From positions 192,001 to 256,000 of the forward strand of contig CAVSGO010000008.1 of NCBI GenBank assembly GCA_963727525.1: a stretch of DNA of 64,000 nt, given 5' to 3'. A program made the translations under genes and the position numbers. Source of the DNA: an uncultured bacterium. GTDB lineage: Bacteria; Krumholzibacteriota; Krumholzibacteriia; LZORAL124-64-63. Below, piece by piece: positions 18,328-27,704 of this stretch. The notes below the pieces were generated by a model. That model was not told the DNA's origin. It did not search any database and saw only the letters and a program-made list of their open reading frames with translations. Position 1 is the stretch's first letter. Each line of letters begins with the position of its first letter.

Positions 18328-19758
18328 ATGTCCACCCCCCTGCGGGACTTCCTGGAGATTCCCTACGATCAGCTCGAAGAGATGAACCTCGCGGCCAAGA
18401 TGGACCGCCTCGCCCGGAAGGACCCGGGCAAGATCCGGGAAGCCCGGCTGAAGTACCTGACGGACGAGAAGCGGATCAAGGCCATCACGGTGTGCTTCAC
18501 GGACCTCGAGGGTCGGCTCCACATGCTCGACTACGACAAGAAGTTCCTCCTCAGGTCGGAGGACAACCTCACCTTCGACGGCTCCTCGATCCGTGGCTTC
18601 TCGCGCCAGGCCGAGTCGGACCTGCGCCTGGCCATCGACTGGCCCGCGTTCTACTGGCTGCCGGCCGATGTCTTCGGACCGGGCAAGGTCCTCGTCTTCG
18701 GCATCGTCAAGGGTCAGGACGGCACCGACTACGTCGCCGATCTGCGCGCGCAGCTCAAAGCGTACGCGGGCGTACTCGCCAAGAAAGGCATCACCGCCAA
18801 CGCCGCCAACGAGATCGAGGGCTTTCTCTTCAGCGGCCGCGATGCTGAGCGCCGCTACCGCGAAACCGGTGTCTTCGATTTCATCTCCACCGGCGGCTAC
18901 TACCACTCGCTGCCCGGCGACTCGCTGCGCCGCTTCATCGACAGCTCCGCCGAGGTGCAACGCGCCCTCGGCTTCCAGAACGAGAAGGACCACCCCGAGG
19001 TGGCACCGTCGCAGTTCGAGATGAACTACAGCTACACCGAGGCCACGGTGGCGGCCGATCAGGTGCAGCTCTACAAGCTCATCGCTCGGCAGGTCGCGGC
19101 GCAGATGGACACGACGGCGAGCTTCCTGCCCAAGCCGGTCGCCGGCGTCAACGGCAACGGCATGCACACCAATCTCTCGCTCACCAAGGGCGGCAAGAAC
19201 ATCTTCCACGCGGCTCGGGGCCAGGACGGGCTGTCGGCGCAGGCCTGGAGTTTCATCAACCGGATCCTCGCCAACGCCAACGACATCTGCCTCGTGCTCA
19301 ACTCGAGCGTCAACTCATACCGGCGTCTGGATCCGCACTTCGAGGCCCCGAATCAGATCAAGGTGTCCGCGAGCGATCGTGGCTCCATGATCCGCCTCCC
19401 CATCGGCAACGAGAAGTCGGCGCGCATCGAGGTGCGGTCGATCGCCCCCGACGCGAATCCCTACCTCGCCATCTACACGCTACTGCGCACCGGCCTGGAA
19501 GGGCCGATGTCCGAGGAGGAGGAGGGCAAACGCTCGCGCACCCGCTTCTTGCCGGACAACATCTACGACGCCATCCGCCTCTTCAAGTCAAGCAAGTGGA
19601 GCCAGGAACTTCTGGGCTCGCAGGTGCACGAGAAGTACGCCGAGCTGAAGTCGGCGCAGGCCGATCGCTGCCCCAAAGCCCTCGGCTCGCGCATCAAGCG
19701 CGCCGAGATCCAGTTCCACCACGAGGTGACGAACCAGCAGCTCTGGGCACGGTTCTAG
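18328..19758 (+). CDS. glnA: Glutamine synthetase (type I-like)
   Basis: FDGSSIRGF, EIEGF, HPEVAPSQFE, PKPVAGVNGNGMHTN, NSYRRL, EAP and RIEVR. Confidence 0.93.
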   Translation: MSTPLRDFLEIPYDQLEEMNLAAKMDRLARKDPGKIREARLKYLTDEKRIKAITVCFTDLEGRLHMLDYDKKFLLRSEDNLTFDGSSIRGFSRQAESDLRLAIDWPAFYWLPADVFGPGKVLVFGIVKGQDGTDYVADLRAQLKAYAGVLAKKGITANAANEIEGFLFSGRDAERRYRETGVFDFISTGGYYHSLPGDSLRRFIDSSAEVQRALGFQNEKDHPEVAPSQFEMNYSYTEATVAADQVQLYKLIARQVAAQMDTTASFLPKPVAGVNGNGMHTNLSLTKGGKNIFHAARGQDGLSAQAWSFINRILANANDICLVLNSSVNSYRRLDPHFEAPNQIKVSASDRGSMIRLPIGNEKSARIEVRSIAPDANPYLAIYTLLRTGLEGPMSEEEEGKRSRTRFLPDNIYDAIRLFKSSKWSQELLGSQVHEKYAELKSAQADRCPKALGSRIKRAEIQFHHEVTNQQLWARF

Positions 19759-19882
19759 AACGACACCAGATGACGCTGCTCGCAGGGCAGGCCGCCCAGT
19801 CGCCGTGCTACGGAGTCGGCGAGGTCTCTTGATGAGTCATCAAGCCGCCGCCGGTCTCGGACACGATCGCGACGGCACACCC

Positions 19883-19917
19883 AAAAGTAACCGGCCCGGG
19901 CTTGCGCTCGGGCCGGT
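19883..19917 (-). terminator. Intrinsic terminator
   Basis: Minus strand reads ACCGGCCCGAGC-GCAA-GCCCGGGCCGGT followed by TACTTTT. Confidence 0.65.
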
Positions 19918-19988
19918 CGGCGGCTTGCCGGTGGGGGATTGGAGGGAGAAACCGACAAACCGCGCAGCTTAAAGATGCCGCTTAATCT
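19883..19988 (-). ncRNA. Candidate small RNA with CU-rich (anti-SD-like) loop
   Basis: Possible -35 TTGCGG (20023-20018) and -10 TATATT (19999-19994). A 12-bp stem (19921-19932/19951-19962) encloses the loop UUCUCCCUCCAAUCCCCC, followed by the terminator. No plausible coding ORF here. Confidence 0.45.
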
Positions 19989-20050
19989 GGGCGAATATAT
20001 CGCATCGACCATGACATCCGCAACCAGAAAATTGCCCTCGGTGTTGATTC

Positions 20051-20081
20051 GCGGTGCCAATTATTGACGAATTGGCACCGC
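20051..20081. terminator. Perfect 12-bp hairpin just after the RND permease stop
   Basis: GCGGTGCCAATT-ATTGACG-AATTGGCACCGC, with no clear U-tract. Confidence 0.45.
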
Positions 20082-20086
20082 ATCCA

Positions 20087-23000
20087 TCAGGCAACCCGGT
20101 TCCGAGCATACAGATAATAGGCGAGCGGGATGACCACGATCGTCAGGGCCGTGGACATCAGGCCGCCCATCATGAGCGAGATGGCCAGCCCCTGGAAGAT
20201 GGGGTCGAAGACCATCACGAAGCTGCCGGCGATCACCGCGCCGGCCGTGAGGGCGATCGGTAGGAAGCGCACCGCACCCGCCTCGATCACGGCCTCCTCG
20301 AGGGGGAGGCCTTGCTTGATGCGCGCCAGCATGAAGTCGATCAGCAGCACGCTGTTGCGCACCATGATGCCGGCGAGGGCGATCACGCCGATCATGCTCG
20401 TCGCCGTGAAGAAGGCCCCGAAGATGAGATGGCCGGGGATGATGCCCACCAGCGTGAGCGGGATCGGGATCATCTGCAGCAGGGGCACCCAGAAGTCCTG
20501 GAACATGGCCACGATCAGCAGATAGATGATGACGATCACCACCGCGAAGGCGAAGCCGAGATCGCGGAACACCTCGTACGTGATATGCCACTCGCCGTCC
20601 CACTTGAGGGAGTACTGGTCGGTCAGCTCGGGCTGGGACTTGAAGTACTGCTCCATCGTGGTGCCGTCGGGCAGAGTGATCTCGGCGATGGCCTTCTTCA
20701 TGTCGAGGATCGCATAGATCGGCGACTCGAGGGCGCCGGCCACGTCGCCGGTGACGTAGACCAGGGGCTTCAGGTTGCGGCGGTGCCGGCTCTTGGGTAG
20801 AGGCGACGCTTCCACCTTCACGAGATCGGCCAGCGGCACCAGGCCGCCGGACTTGCTCCCGACGAAGAGCCCCTGCAGCGACCGCGTGTCGCTGCGGTCC
20901 TCGATCGGCAGGCGAACGGTGATGGGCACCGGCTCGGTGACGTCGTTCAGGTGCACGAGACCCGCGTCCATGCCACCGAGGGCCACGGCGAGGGTCTGCG
21001 TCACCTGGTCCGAGGCCACGCCGGCCATCGCGGCGCGCTCCTTGTCGACGATGAAGCGATAACGCGTCTGATCGGCTTCGACCCACCAGTCGACATCGAC
21101 CACGCCGTCCGTGCTGTCGAAGATCTCCTTCACCTTCTGCGCCACCTGGATGCGGCCGGCCGCGTCGGGTCCGTAGATCTCGGCCACGAGCGTTGCCAGC
21201 ACTGGCGGGCCAGGTGGGACCTCGACCACCTTCACCGCGGCATCATGGCGCGCGGCGATCTCCTGGATCGGCCCGCGCACGCGCTCGGCGATGGCGTGGC
21301 TTTGATCCGACCGCTGCGATTTCTCCACCAGATTCACCTGAAGTTCGGCCACGTTGGCGCCGCGCCGCAGGAAGTAGTGCCTGACCAGGCCACTGAAGTT
21401 CACCGGGCCCGAGGTGCCGGAGTACACCTGGTAATCGGTGACCTCAGGCACGGTGGTGAGGTACTGACCGATCTCGCGTGCGACCTGGGTGGTCGATTCG
21501 AGGGTGGTGCCCTCGGGCATGTCGATGACCACCTGGAACTCGCTCTTGTTGTCGAAGGGCAGCATCTTCACCTGCACGGCGCGGGTGAAGAACAGGAACG
21601 TGCTGGCTGCCGTGAGCACCGCCGTGGCCAGGAGCGTGAGCACGGCCTTCCGCGGGCTACGCACCAGTGGACGCATGATCGCGTTGTAGGTGCGGTAAAT
21701 GCGCGTGTCGTGCAGGTCGTGGCCGGCGTGGTTCTCGCTGGCCTTGCGGTGCGGCTTGATGAGGCGCAGGGCCAGGTACGGCGAGATGACGAAGGCCACG
21801 AAGAGCGAGAACGCCATGGCCAGCGAGGCGCCGATGGGCATCGGACGCATGTAGGGCCCCATGAGGCCGCGCACGAAGGCCATGGGGAAGAGCGACGCGA
21901 TCACCGTGAGGGTGGCGAGGATGGTCGGGTTGCCTATCTCCTCGATCGCCTGGAGGGAGATCTTCACCGACTGCTTGCCCTTCGCCATGACGTGGCGGTG
22001 GATGTTCTCCACCACGATGATCGTATCGTCGACCACCAGACCCGTCACCAGGATGAGGGCGAACAGCGTCACGCGATTCAGCGTATAGCCGAAGATGTAA
22101 TAGATGAACAGCGTGAGCGCGAAGGTCGTGGGAATGGACACGAAGATGATCGTCGCCCCGCGCCAACCCATCGCCAGAAATACCACGAGCATGGCCAGCA
22201 GGATGGCGTGGCCGAGGCTTTCGATCAGGTGCCAGCCCTTCTCGTTGGCGGTCTTGCCGTAGTCGCGGGTGACGGTCACGTTCACGTCGCCCGGGATGAG
22301 GCGGCCCTTCAGTTCGTCGACCTTCTTGAGCACCGCCCGCGAGATCCGCGTGGCATCGGTGCCCTTCTTCTTGGCCACCGAGATGGTGACGGCCGGCGCT
22401 TCGTGCCCCGGCTCGTACTCGTCGCCCAGGCCGACCTCGTCAGCCCGCGGCCCGGTGCCGAAGAAGACGTAGCTGTCGATCTCGGCAGGACCGTCGCTCA
22501 CCGTGGCCACATCGCTCAGGTGCACCGGCTGGCCGCCGTGCACGCCCACGACGAGGTCGGCCACGTCCTGCGCGCTGCGCACGAAGGCGCCGGTCTCCAC
22601 CGAGAACTCCTGGTTCGCCGTCGCGAACGAGCCGGCGGGCAGGTCCTGGTTCTGCATCTGCAGCGCCGGGATCACGGAGAGCGTGGTCACGCCCATGGCG
22701 GCCAGGCGCTGCGGGTCGAGTTGCACGCGCACGGCGCGGCGGCGGCCACCGTGCGTCTCGACCACCGACACGTTCTCGACCGAGGCGATCTCGGCCTTCA
22801 GCTCGTCGGAGATCTGACGCAGGCCGTACGCATCGTAATGGTCGCTCCATAGCGTCAGCGCCAGGATGGGCACGTCGTCGATCGCGCGCACCTTGATCAG
22901 AGGTTGCATGGCTCCGGGCGGCGCCTCGTCCATGTTGCCCAGAATCTTGTTCCAGATGCGCGTGACGGCCTCGTCCATGTCGGTGCCCACGTAGTAGCGG

Positions 23001-23359
23001 GCCGTGACCATGGCGAAGCCCGGGTAGCTGGCGCTATAGACGTACTCGACGCCCTCGATCTCCCACACCTTCTGCTCGAGAGGCCTGGTCACGAGATTCT
23101 CGACCTCGGCCGGATCGGCACCGGGGAAGGGCACCATGACGTCGATCATCGGCACGACGATCTGGGGCTCCTCCTCCCGCGGCGTCAGCATCACGGCGAA
23201 GCCGCCGATGAGCAGCATGGCCACGACCATGAGCGGCGTCAGCTTGGAGTCGATGAACGTGTGGGCCAGCCGGGTCATCAGTCCGGCGTGCGGCGGCATC
23301 ACGTTCTCGGAGTGCAACGAACCGTCGTCCGGCAGATTGCGCGGGTTCTCGTGGCTCAT
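20087..23359 (-). CDS. RND efflux permease subunit (AcrB/CusA family)
   Basis: 1090 aa; PREEEPQI, GLVVDDTIIVVENI, GIMVRNSVLLIDF and RFLPIALT. Confidence 0.95.
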   Translation of the reverse strand: MSHENPRNLPDDGSLHSENVMPPHAGLMTRLAHTFIDSKLTPLMVVAMLLIGGFAVMLTPREEEPQIVVPMIDVMVPFPGADPAEVENLVTRPLEQKVWEIEGVEYVYSASYPGFAMVTARYYVGTDMDEAVTRIWNKILGNMDEAPPGAMQPLIKVRAIDDVPILALTLWSDHYDAYGLRQISDELKAEIASVENVSVVETHGGRRRAVRVQLDPQRLAAMGVTTLSVIPALQMQNQDLPAGSFATANQEFSVETGAFVRSAQDVADLVVGVHGGQPVHLSDVATVSDGPAEIDSYVFFGTGPRADEVGLGDEYEPGHEAPAVTISVAKKKGTDATRISRAVLKKVDELKGRLIPGDVNVTVTRDYGKTANEKGWHLIESLGHAILLAMLVVFLAMGWRGATIIFVSIPTTFALTLFIYYIFGYTLNRVTLFALILVTGLVVDDTIIVVENIHRHVMAKGKQSVKISLQAIEEIGNPTILATLTVIASLFPMAFVRGLMGPYMRPMPIGASLAMAFSLFVAFVISPYLALRLIKPHRKASENHAGHDLHDTRIYRTYNAIMRPLVRSPRKAVLTLLATAVLTAASTFLFFTRAVQVKMLPFDNKSEFQVVIDMPEGTTLESTTQVAREIGQYLTTVPEVTDYQVYSGTSGPVNFSGLVRHYFLRRGANVAELQVNLVEKSQRSDQSHAIAERVRGPIQEIAARHDAAVKVVEVPPGPPVLATLVAEIYGPDAAGRIQVAQKVKEIFDSTDGVVDVDWWVEADQTRYRFIVDKERAAMAGVASDQVTQTLAVALGGMDAGLVHLNDVTEPVPITVRLPIEDRSDTRSLQGLFVGSKSGGLVPLADLVKVEASPLPKSRHRRNLKPLVYVTGDVAGALESPIYAILDMKKAIAEITLPDGTTMEQYFKSQPELTDQYSLKWDGEWHITYEVFRDLGFAFAVVIVIIYLLIVAMFQDFWVPLLQMIPIPLTLVGIIPGHLIFGAFFTATSMIGVIALAGIMVRNSVLLIDFMLARIKQGLPLEEAVIEAGAVRFLPIALTAGAVIAGSFVMVFDPIFQGLAISLMMGGLMSTALTIVVIPLAYYLYARNRVA

Positions 23360-23360
23360 C

Positions 23361-24440
23361 CTACCTCACCACCCTGTCGCCCTCGGTGAGGGGCTGCTCG
23401 GAAGTGAGCACCACGGTCTCGCTGCCGGTCAAGCCGGAGATCACCTCGACCCTGTCGTCGAAGGTGCGGCCCGTGCGGATCCAGTGGAGGTGCGCGATGC
23501 CGTCGTTGTCCACTGTCCACACGCCGGTGAGCTGGCCGCGCGTCATGATCGCGGCTTTCGGCACGAGCACCGCCGCGCGCGTGCCCACGGGCACGAGCAC
23601 CCGCGCGAACATGCCACTCTTGAGCTGACCATCGGTGTTGGGCAGGTAGGCCTGGAGGTCGTAGGTGTGGCTCATGGTGTTGGCCGCCGGCACGACGCGC
23701 GCCACCGGCACCGTGAACGGGGCGATCGGCAGGGAGGGGATCTCCACGGTCACGCGCTCACCGCCCTTGACGAGATCGACATCGCGCTCGCTGAGGCCGG
23801 CCGTCACCTTCATCGTGCCCACCTGCTCCAGCGTCAGCAGCGGTTGGCCCGGGTTGGCCATATCCCCCGGATCCACCATGCGCCGCACCACCGTGCCATC
23901 GACCGGCGCCTTGATCGCGAGGTAGCTGAGCTGCATGTCGATCTCGGCCAGCGCGGCCCTGGCCTGCGCGAGGCCCGCGGCCGCCTGGTCGCGGCCGGTG
24001 TGCACGTCGTCGAGGCGCGCCTTGGAAACCGACTTCTGCTCGTACAGCTTCTCGAAACGCGCGACGTTGGTGCCGGCATTCTCGAGCACCGCCTTCGCCG
24101 CGTCGATCCCGGTCTCGGCCTGCTTGCGCCGTGCCTGCAGGTCGGTGTCGCCGATCTGGACGAGCAGTTCGCCCTTGCGTACGACCGTGCCCTCACGTAC
24201 CGGGACGGCCGTGATCCAGCCCATCAGGCGCGTGCTCACCTGTACGGTGTTCTCGCCCGCGAGGCTGCCGGAGGCCGAGACGTACTGGGGCACGTCGGTC
24301 TTCTGCGCCACGGCGACCGTGGCCTTCACGTCCCTGGATTCTCGCTTCGCGACCTCGTGACCGCCACCGCAGCCGGCGACGACGACCAGGAGAGTGGTGG
24401 CGACGGCGACGGCGAAACGTCGCGACATCTGGGTGGTCAT
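23361..24440 (-). CDS. RND periplasmic adaptor (membrane fusion) lipoprotein
   Basis: Lipobox VAGC, VREGTVVRKGELL, IKAPVDGTV and LKSGMFARV. Confidence 0.93.
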   Translation of the reverse strand: MTTQMSRRFAVAVATTLLVVVAGCGGGHEVAKRESRDVKATVAVAQKTDVPQYVSASGSLAGENTVQVSTRLMGWITAVPVREGTVVRKGELLVQIGDTDLQARRKQAETGIDAAKAVLENAGTNVARFEKLYEQKSVSKARLDDVHTGRDQAAAGLAQARAALAEIDMQLSYLAIKAPVDGTVVRRMVDPGDMANPGQPLLTLEQVGTMKVTAGLSERDVDLVKGGERVTVEIPSLPIAPFTVPVARVVPAANTMSHTYDLQAYLPNTDGQLKSGMFARVLVPVGTRAAVLVPKAAIMTRGQLTGVWTVDNDGIAHLHWIRTGRTFDDRVEVISGLTGSETVVLTSEQPLTEGDRVVR

Positions 24441-25836
24441 CACTTCCGTCCTCCTTCTCGAGCGGGGCTGCCGGCGGCGAACGTCAGGCGCGCCAGGCTG
24501 AGATTGTAGTCGTGCTGCGCCTGCACCAGACCGCCCTCGGCCTGGATGTCGGCGGCCTGGACATCGAGCAGGTCGACCATGGAGGTGAGACCCTCGGTAT
24601 ACTGATTGGTGATGATGCGCAGGCTCTCGCGCGCGGCCGCCACCGCGTCGTGCGCCACGTCGAGCTTTGCGGCGGCGGCTTTACGTCGCGCCAGGCCTGG
24701 ATCGCCTCGAATCGCGCCTGCCGCGCCATGAAGTCGTACTGGTATTCGACCGCGCGCTTCTGGGCCTTGGCCTTGCGCACGGCCGAGACGTTTTGCAGGC
24801 CCTTGAAGAGATCCCACGTGCCGTAGACACCCAGCGACCAGCTCCGGGCATCGCCACCGAACATGGTGTTCTGACTGATATAGTCGCGCTGCAGTCCGAG
24901 GTTCACATGCGGCACCATGGCGCCCGTCGCCACGTGGACCATGCGCCGCGCGGCGCGCACCTGCTCGGACACGGCCAGCAGATCGGAGCGGCTTTCCACG
25001 CCGGCCAGCTCGGGCGGGGCGGGCATGGCGGCCGCCGCAACCTGCGGCGCGGCCGCGATGGGCAGCGGGATGGTGGTGGCGGTGAGCATCTGCACGGCGT
25101 CGCCGGCCGCGGCCAGCTGATTGCGCACGGTGATCTGCTGCTGCTGCAACGCAGCCAGGAATACCCGCGCCTGCAAGAGATCGGCCTCGGTGGCCATCTC
25201 GGCCTCGACCATGCTGCGCGCCTGCTGCGCGTGCGCCTCGGCGCTGCGCAGCGCGGATGCGATCACCTCGTCGTACGCCCGCGCCAGGGTGAGCCCTTCG
25301 TAGACCTCGTTGGCCTGGAGCCGGACGGTCTCGGCGGCCCGCCGGTGCTGGTACTCGGCGGCGCGGCTCATGGCGTTGGCGGCTTGCTTGCCGAACGTGG
25401 CCATGCCCCCGTTGAAGATCGGCTGCATGAGCTGCAGGCGGGTGAGCCACATGTTGATCTCACCCGGATGGTTCAGGACGTCCGGCGCGAAGTCGGAGGG
25501 CTGCGCGTTGCGGGCGGTGAGCTTGTAGCCAAACGCGCTGAGTGCGTCGTCCGAACGCATGAAGAACTCGTTCACCGACACGCGCGGCAGGAAGCCCGAC
25601 CAGGCCCCGGCAGCGTCGGCGGCGGCAGCGTCGGCCATGGCGCCGGCCGATGCGAGCATCTCGTTGTGTGTGAGAGACGCGTCGATCAACCGGTCGAGTT
25701 CGACGAACAACGTGTCGCCGCGGACCTGGCCCAGGCTGGACCAGTCGGCCGTGGCGGGCGTGTCATCGGCGAACGCCAGGGTGGCGCCCACCAGGAACGC
25801 CGCGCCGAGCAGCGGCGTCATCCAGATTCGCTTCAT
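24440..25836 (-). pseudogene. TolC family outer membrane efflux protein with a 1-nt frameshift near 24680
   Basis: The 25836 frame gives a signal peptide and TolC-like sequence up to AWRDVK. The TolC C-terminus (AARESLRIITNQYTEGLTSMVDLLD...) continues in another frame that ends at 24440. Confidence 0.8.
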
Positions 25837-25848
25837 GGTGGACCTCGT

Positions 25849-26058
25849 TCAGCTCGATTTGGCCGGCACCGTGGCCGGCACGCCCATCTTCTTGAGGATC
25901 GTGATGAGGGGGCACCAGTTGGTGAAGGCGCTCTGTAGGAGGTTTAGCCCGACGAACGCGGTGAAGTACAGCCAATTCGGGCTCACGAACCTGGCGAGGA
26001 CGAGGCTCAGGAGCACGAGGGTGCCCGCCACGGCTCGGACGACGCGGTCTATGGTCAT
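25849..26058 (-). CDS. DUF2892 (YgaP-like) small membrane protein
   Basis: RVVRAVAG...[19 protein letters not shown]. First gene of the efflux operon. Confidence 0.9.
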   Translation of the reverse strand: MTIDRVVRAVAGTLVLLSLVLARFVSPNWLYFTAFVGLNLLQSAFTNWCPLITILKKMGVPATVPAKSS

Positions 26059-26098
26059 GACGATTCCCTTTCCGGTTCGACGTGAATCTGGCAAAGAT

Positions 26099-26124
26099 CG
26101 TAGTTTCGAAAATTCTAAACTGCG
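26099..26124. promoter_or_regulatory. 12-2-12 imperfect inverted repeat (ArsR/SmtB-type operator candidate)
   Basis: CGTAGTTTCGAA-AA-TTCTAAACTGCG, 10/12 symmetric, about 40 nt upstream of the DUF2892 start. Confidence 0.55.
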
Positions 26125-26168
26125 CCATAATCTAGATTGTTGTCGGACGGAAAGCAAGGGACCACGAG

Positions 26169-26201
26169 AAAAAAATCGTCGCCCCGGGGCGGGGGCGACG
26201 A
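26169..26201 (-). terminator. Intrinsic terminator-like hairpin on the minus strand
   Basis: Minus strand TCGTCGCCCC...GGGGCGACGA followed by a T7 tract. Confidence 0.55.
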
Positions 26202-26276
26202 ACAACTTGTCGCAACATGATTTCGGGGTTTTCTTGCCCGCATCCCGTCGGACCCGGATCCAGAGGAGACCCTCGC

Positions 26277-27236
26277 ATGAGCGACCAGATACAGCGCGAA
26301 GTCCTGATCGCGGCCCCCCGCGGCTTCTGCGCCGGGGTGGAGAGGGCCATCGAGGTGGTGGACCGATTGCTCGCGATACATGGCACCCCAGTCTATGTCC
26401 GCAAGGAGATCGTCCATAACAAAGCGGTCGTGGACGGGTTTCGCAAACGCGGTGTCATCTTCATCGACGACCTCGACGAGGCGCCGGATGGGGCGACGGT
26501 CGTGTTCAGCGCCCATGGCATCGCACCTCAGGTTCGCGAGGACGCGCAGCGGCGCGGCCTGCGCACGATCGACGCCACCTGCCCCCTCGTGACGCGCGTC
26601 CATCGCTCGGTGCTGAAGCAAGCCGGCCAGGGGCGCACGATCGTGCTCATCGGTCACGCTGGTCACGACGAGGTGATCGGCACGATGGGCGAGGCGCCGG
26701 GCCGGGTGCGGCTCGTGGAATCCGTGGGTGACGTCGCCGCCCTCGACGTCGCCGATGACGAGGAGTTGGCCTACGTCACCCAGACGACTCTGAGCGTCGA
26801 TGAGACCGAGGCCATAGTCGCGGCCCTGAAGGCGCGCTTTCCCCACCTCGTTGTGCCGCTCCGCAGCGACATCTGTTACGCCACCCAGAACCGTCAGGAC
26901 GCGGTGAAGCAGCTGCTCGACGAGGGCGTTAGCCACCTGCTCGTGGTGGGCTCGCGCAACAGCAGCAACAGCGTGCGTCTTTGCGAGGTGGCGCAGCGGC
27001 GCGACTGCGAGGCGACGCTCGTGGACGGGCCCGATCAGGTCGACGTGGCGGCCCTGCGCCACCACCGGACCCTCGGCTTGTCGGCAGGCGCCTCGGCACC
27101 GGAGCATCTCGTGCAAGCGGTGGTGGACAAGCTGGCGGCAGCCGGATGGTCGCCGCGCGAAGTGGCTGTCATGAATGAAGATGTGAAATTCTCGGCGCCC
27201 AGGGAGCTTCTCGCGTTCGAACGGGAAACCCCGTAG
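26277..27236 (+). CDS. ispH: 4-hydroxy-3-methylbut-2-enyl diphosphate reductase
   Basis: [42 protein letters not shown] and AGASAPE. Confidence 0.97.
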   Translation: MSDQIQREVLIAAPRGFCAGVERAIEVVDRLLAIHGTPVYVRKEIVHNKAVVDGFRKRGVIFIDDLDEAPDGATVVFSAHGIAPQVREDAQRRGLRTIDATCPLVTRVHRSVLKQAGQGRTIVLIGHAGHDEVIGTMGEAPGRVRLVESVGDVAALDVADDEELAYVTQTTLSVDETEAIVAALKARFPHLVVPLRSDICYATQNRQDAVKQLLDEGVSHLLVVGSRNSSNSVRLCEVAQRRDCEATLVDGPDQVDVAALRHHRTLGLSAGASAPEHLVQAVVDKLAAAGWSPREVAVMNEDVKFSAPRELLAFERETP

Positions 27237-27377
27237 CTATGAAGATATGAATTAAAATAGCTTTGACATCCTGAAGTGATATGATTTTCGTGAGGGGGCG
27301 ATCCTGAGGGGTCACCTTCAGGTCTCTTGTGCGACGAGCATTCCTCCGTGGCAATCCTTCAGCGACGAGGCGCGACG

Positions 27378-27698
27378 ATGGACCGCAAGATCTATGAACT
27401 GCAGGCCGAGCTCTGCAAGACGCTCTCCAACCCCAAGCGGCTCGAAATCCTCGATATTCTCAAGCACGAGGGTGAGATCACCGTGAACGCCCTGGCCGAG
27501 CAGCTGGAGATCCCCAAGGCCAATACGAGCCAGCATCTCGCGGTGCTGCGGCAGGCCGGCGTGGTGTACACCCGACGCGACGGGATCAACGTGTACTACA
27601 GTCTGCGCTCGGAACGCATCAGCGAGGCCTGTTCCGTGACGCGGCAGATCCTGCTCGAGCGCCTCGAGGAACAGATGTCGCTCATGAAGGACGAATGA
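27378..27698 (+). CDS. ArsR/SmtB family transcriptional regulator
   Basis: KTLSNPKRLEIL, SQHLAVLRQAGVV and RRDG.NVYYSL. Confidence 0.92.
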   Translation: MDRKIYELQAELCKTLSNPKRLEILDILKHEGEITVNALAEQLEIPKANTSQHLAVLRQAGVVYTRRDGINVYYSLRSERISEACSVTRQILLERLEEQMSLMKDE

Positions 27699-27704
27699 TC
27701 CCGG

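Noticed and set aside
25837-25851. DUF2892 UGA stop in frame with the TolC start (possible Sec read-through fusion)
   Set aside because: The UGA is at the normal end of DUF2892, TolC has its own RBS and signal peptide, and the position is not a conserved Cys.
27263-27268. Perfect TTGACA upstream of the ArsR gene as a -35 box
   Set aside because: The nearest -10-like TATGAT is only 11 nt away, which does not fit sigma-70 spacing.
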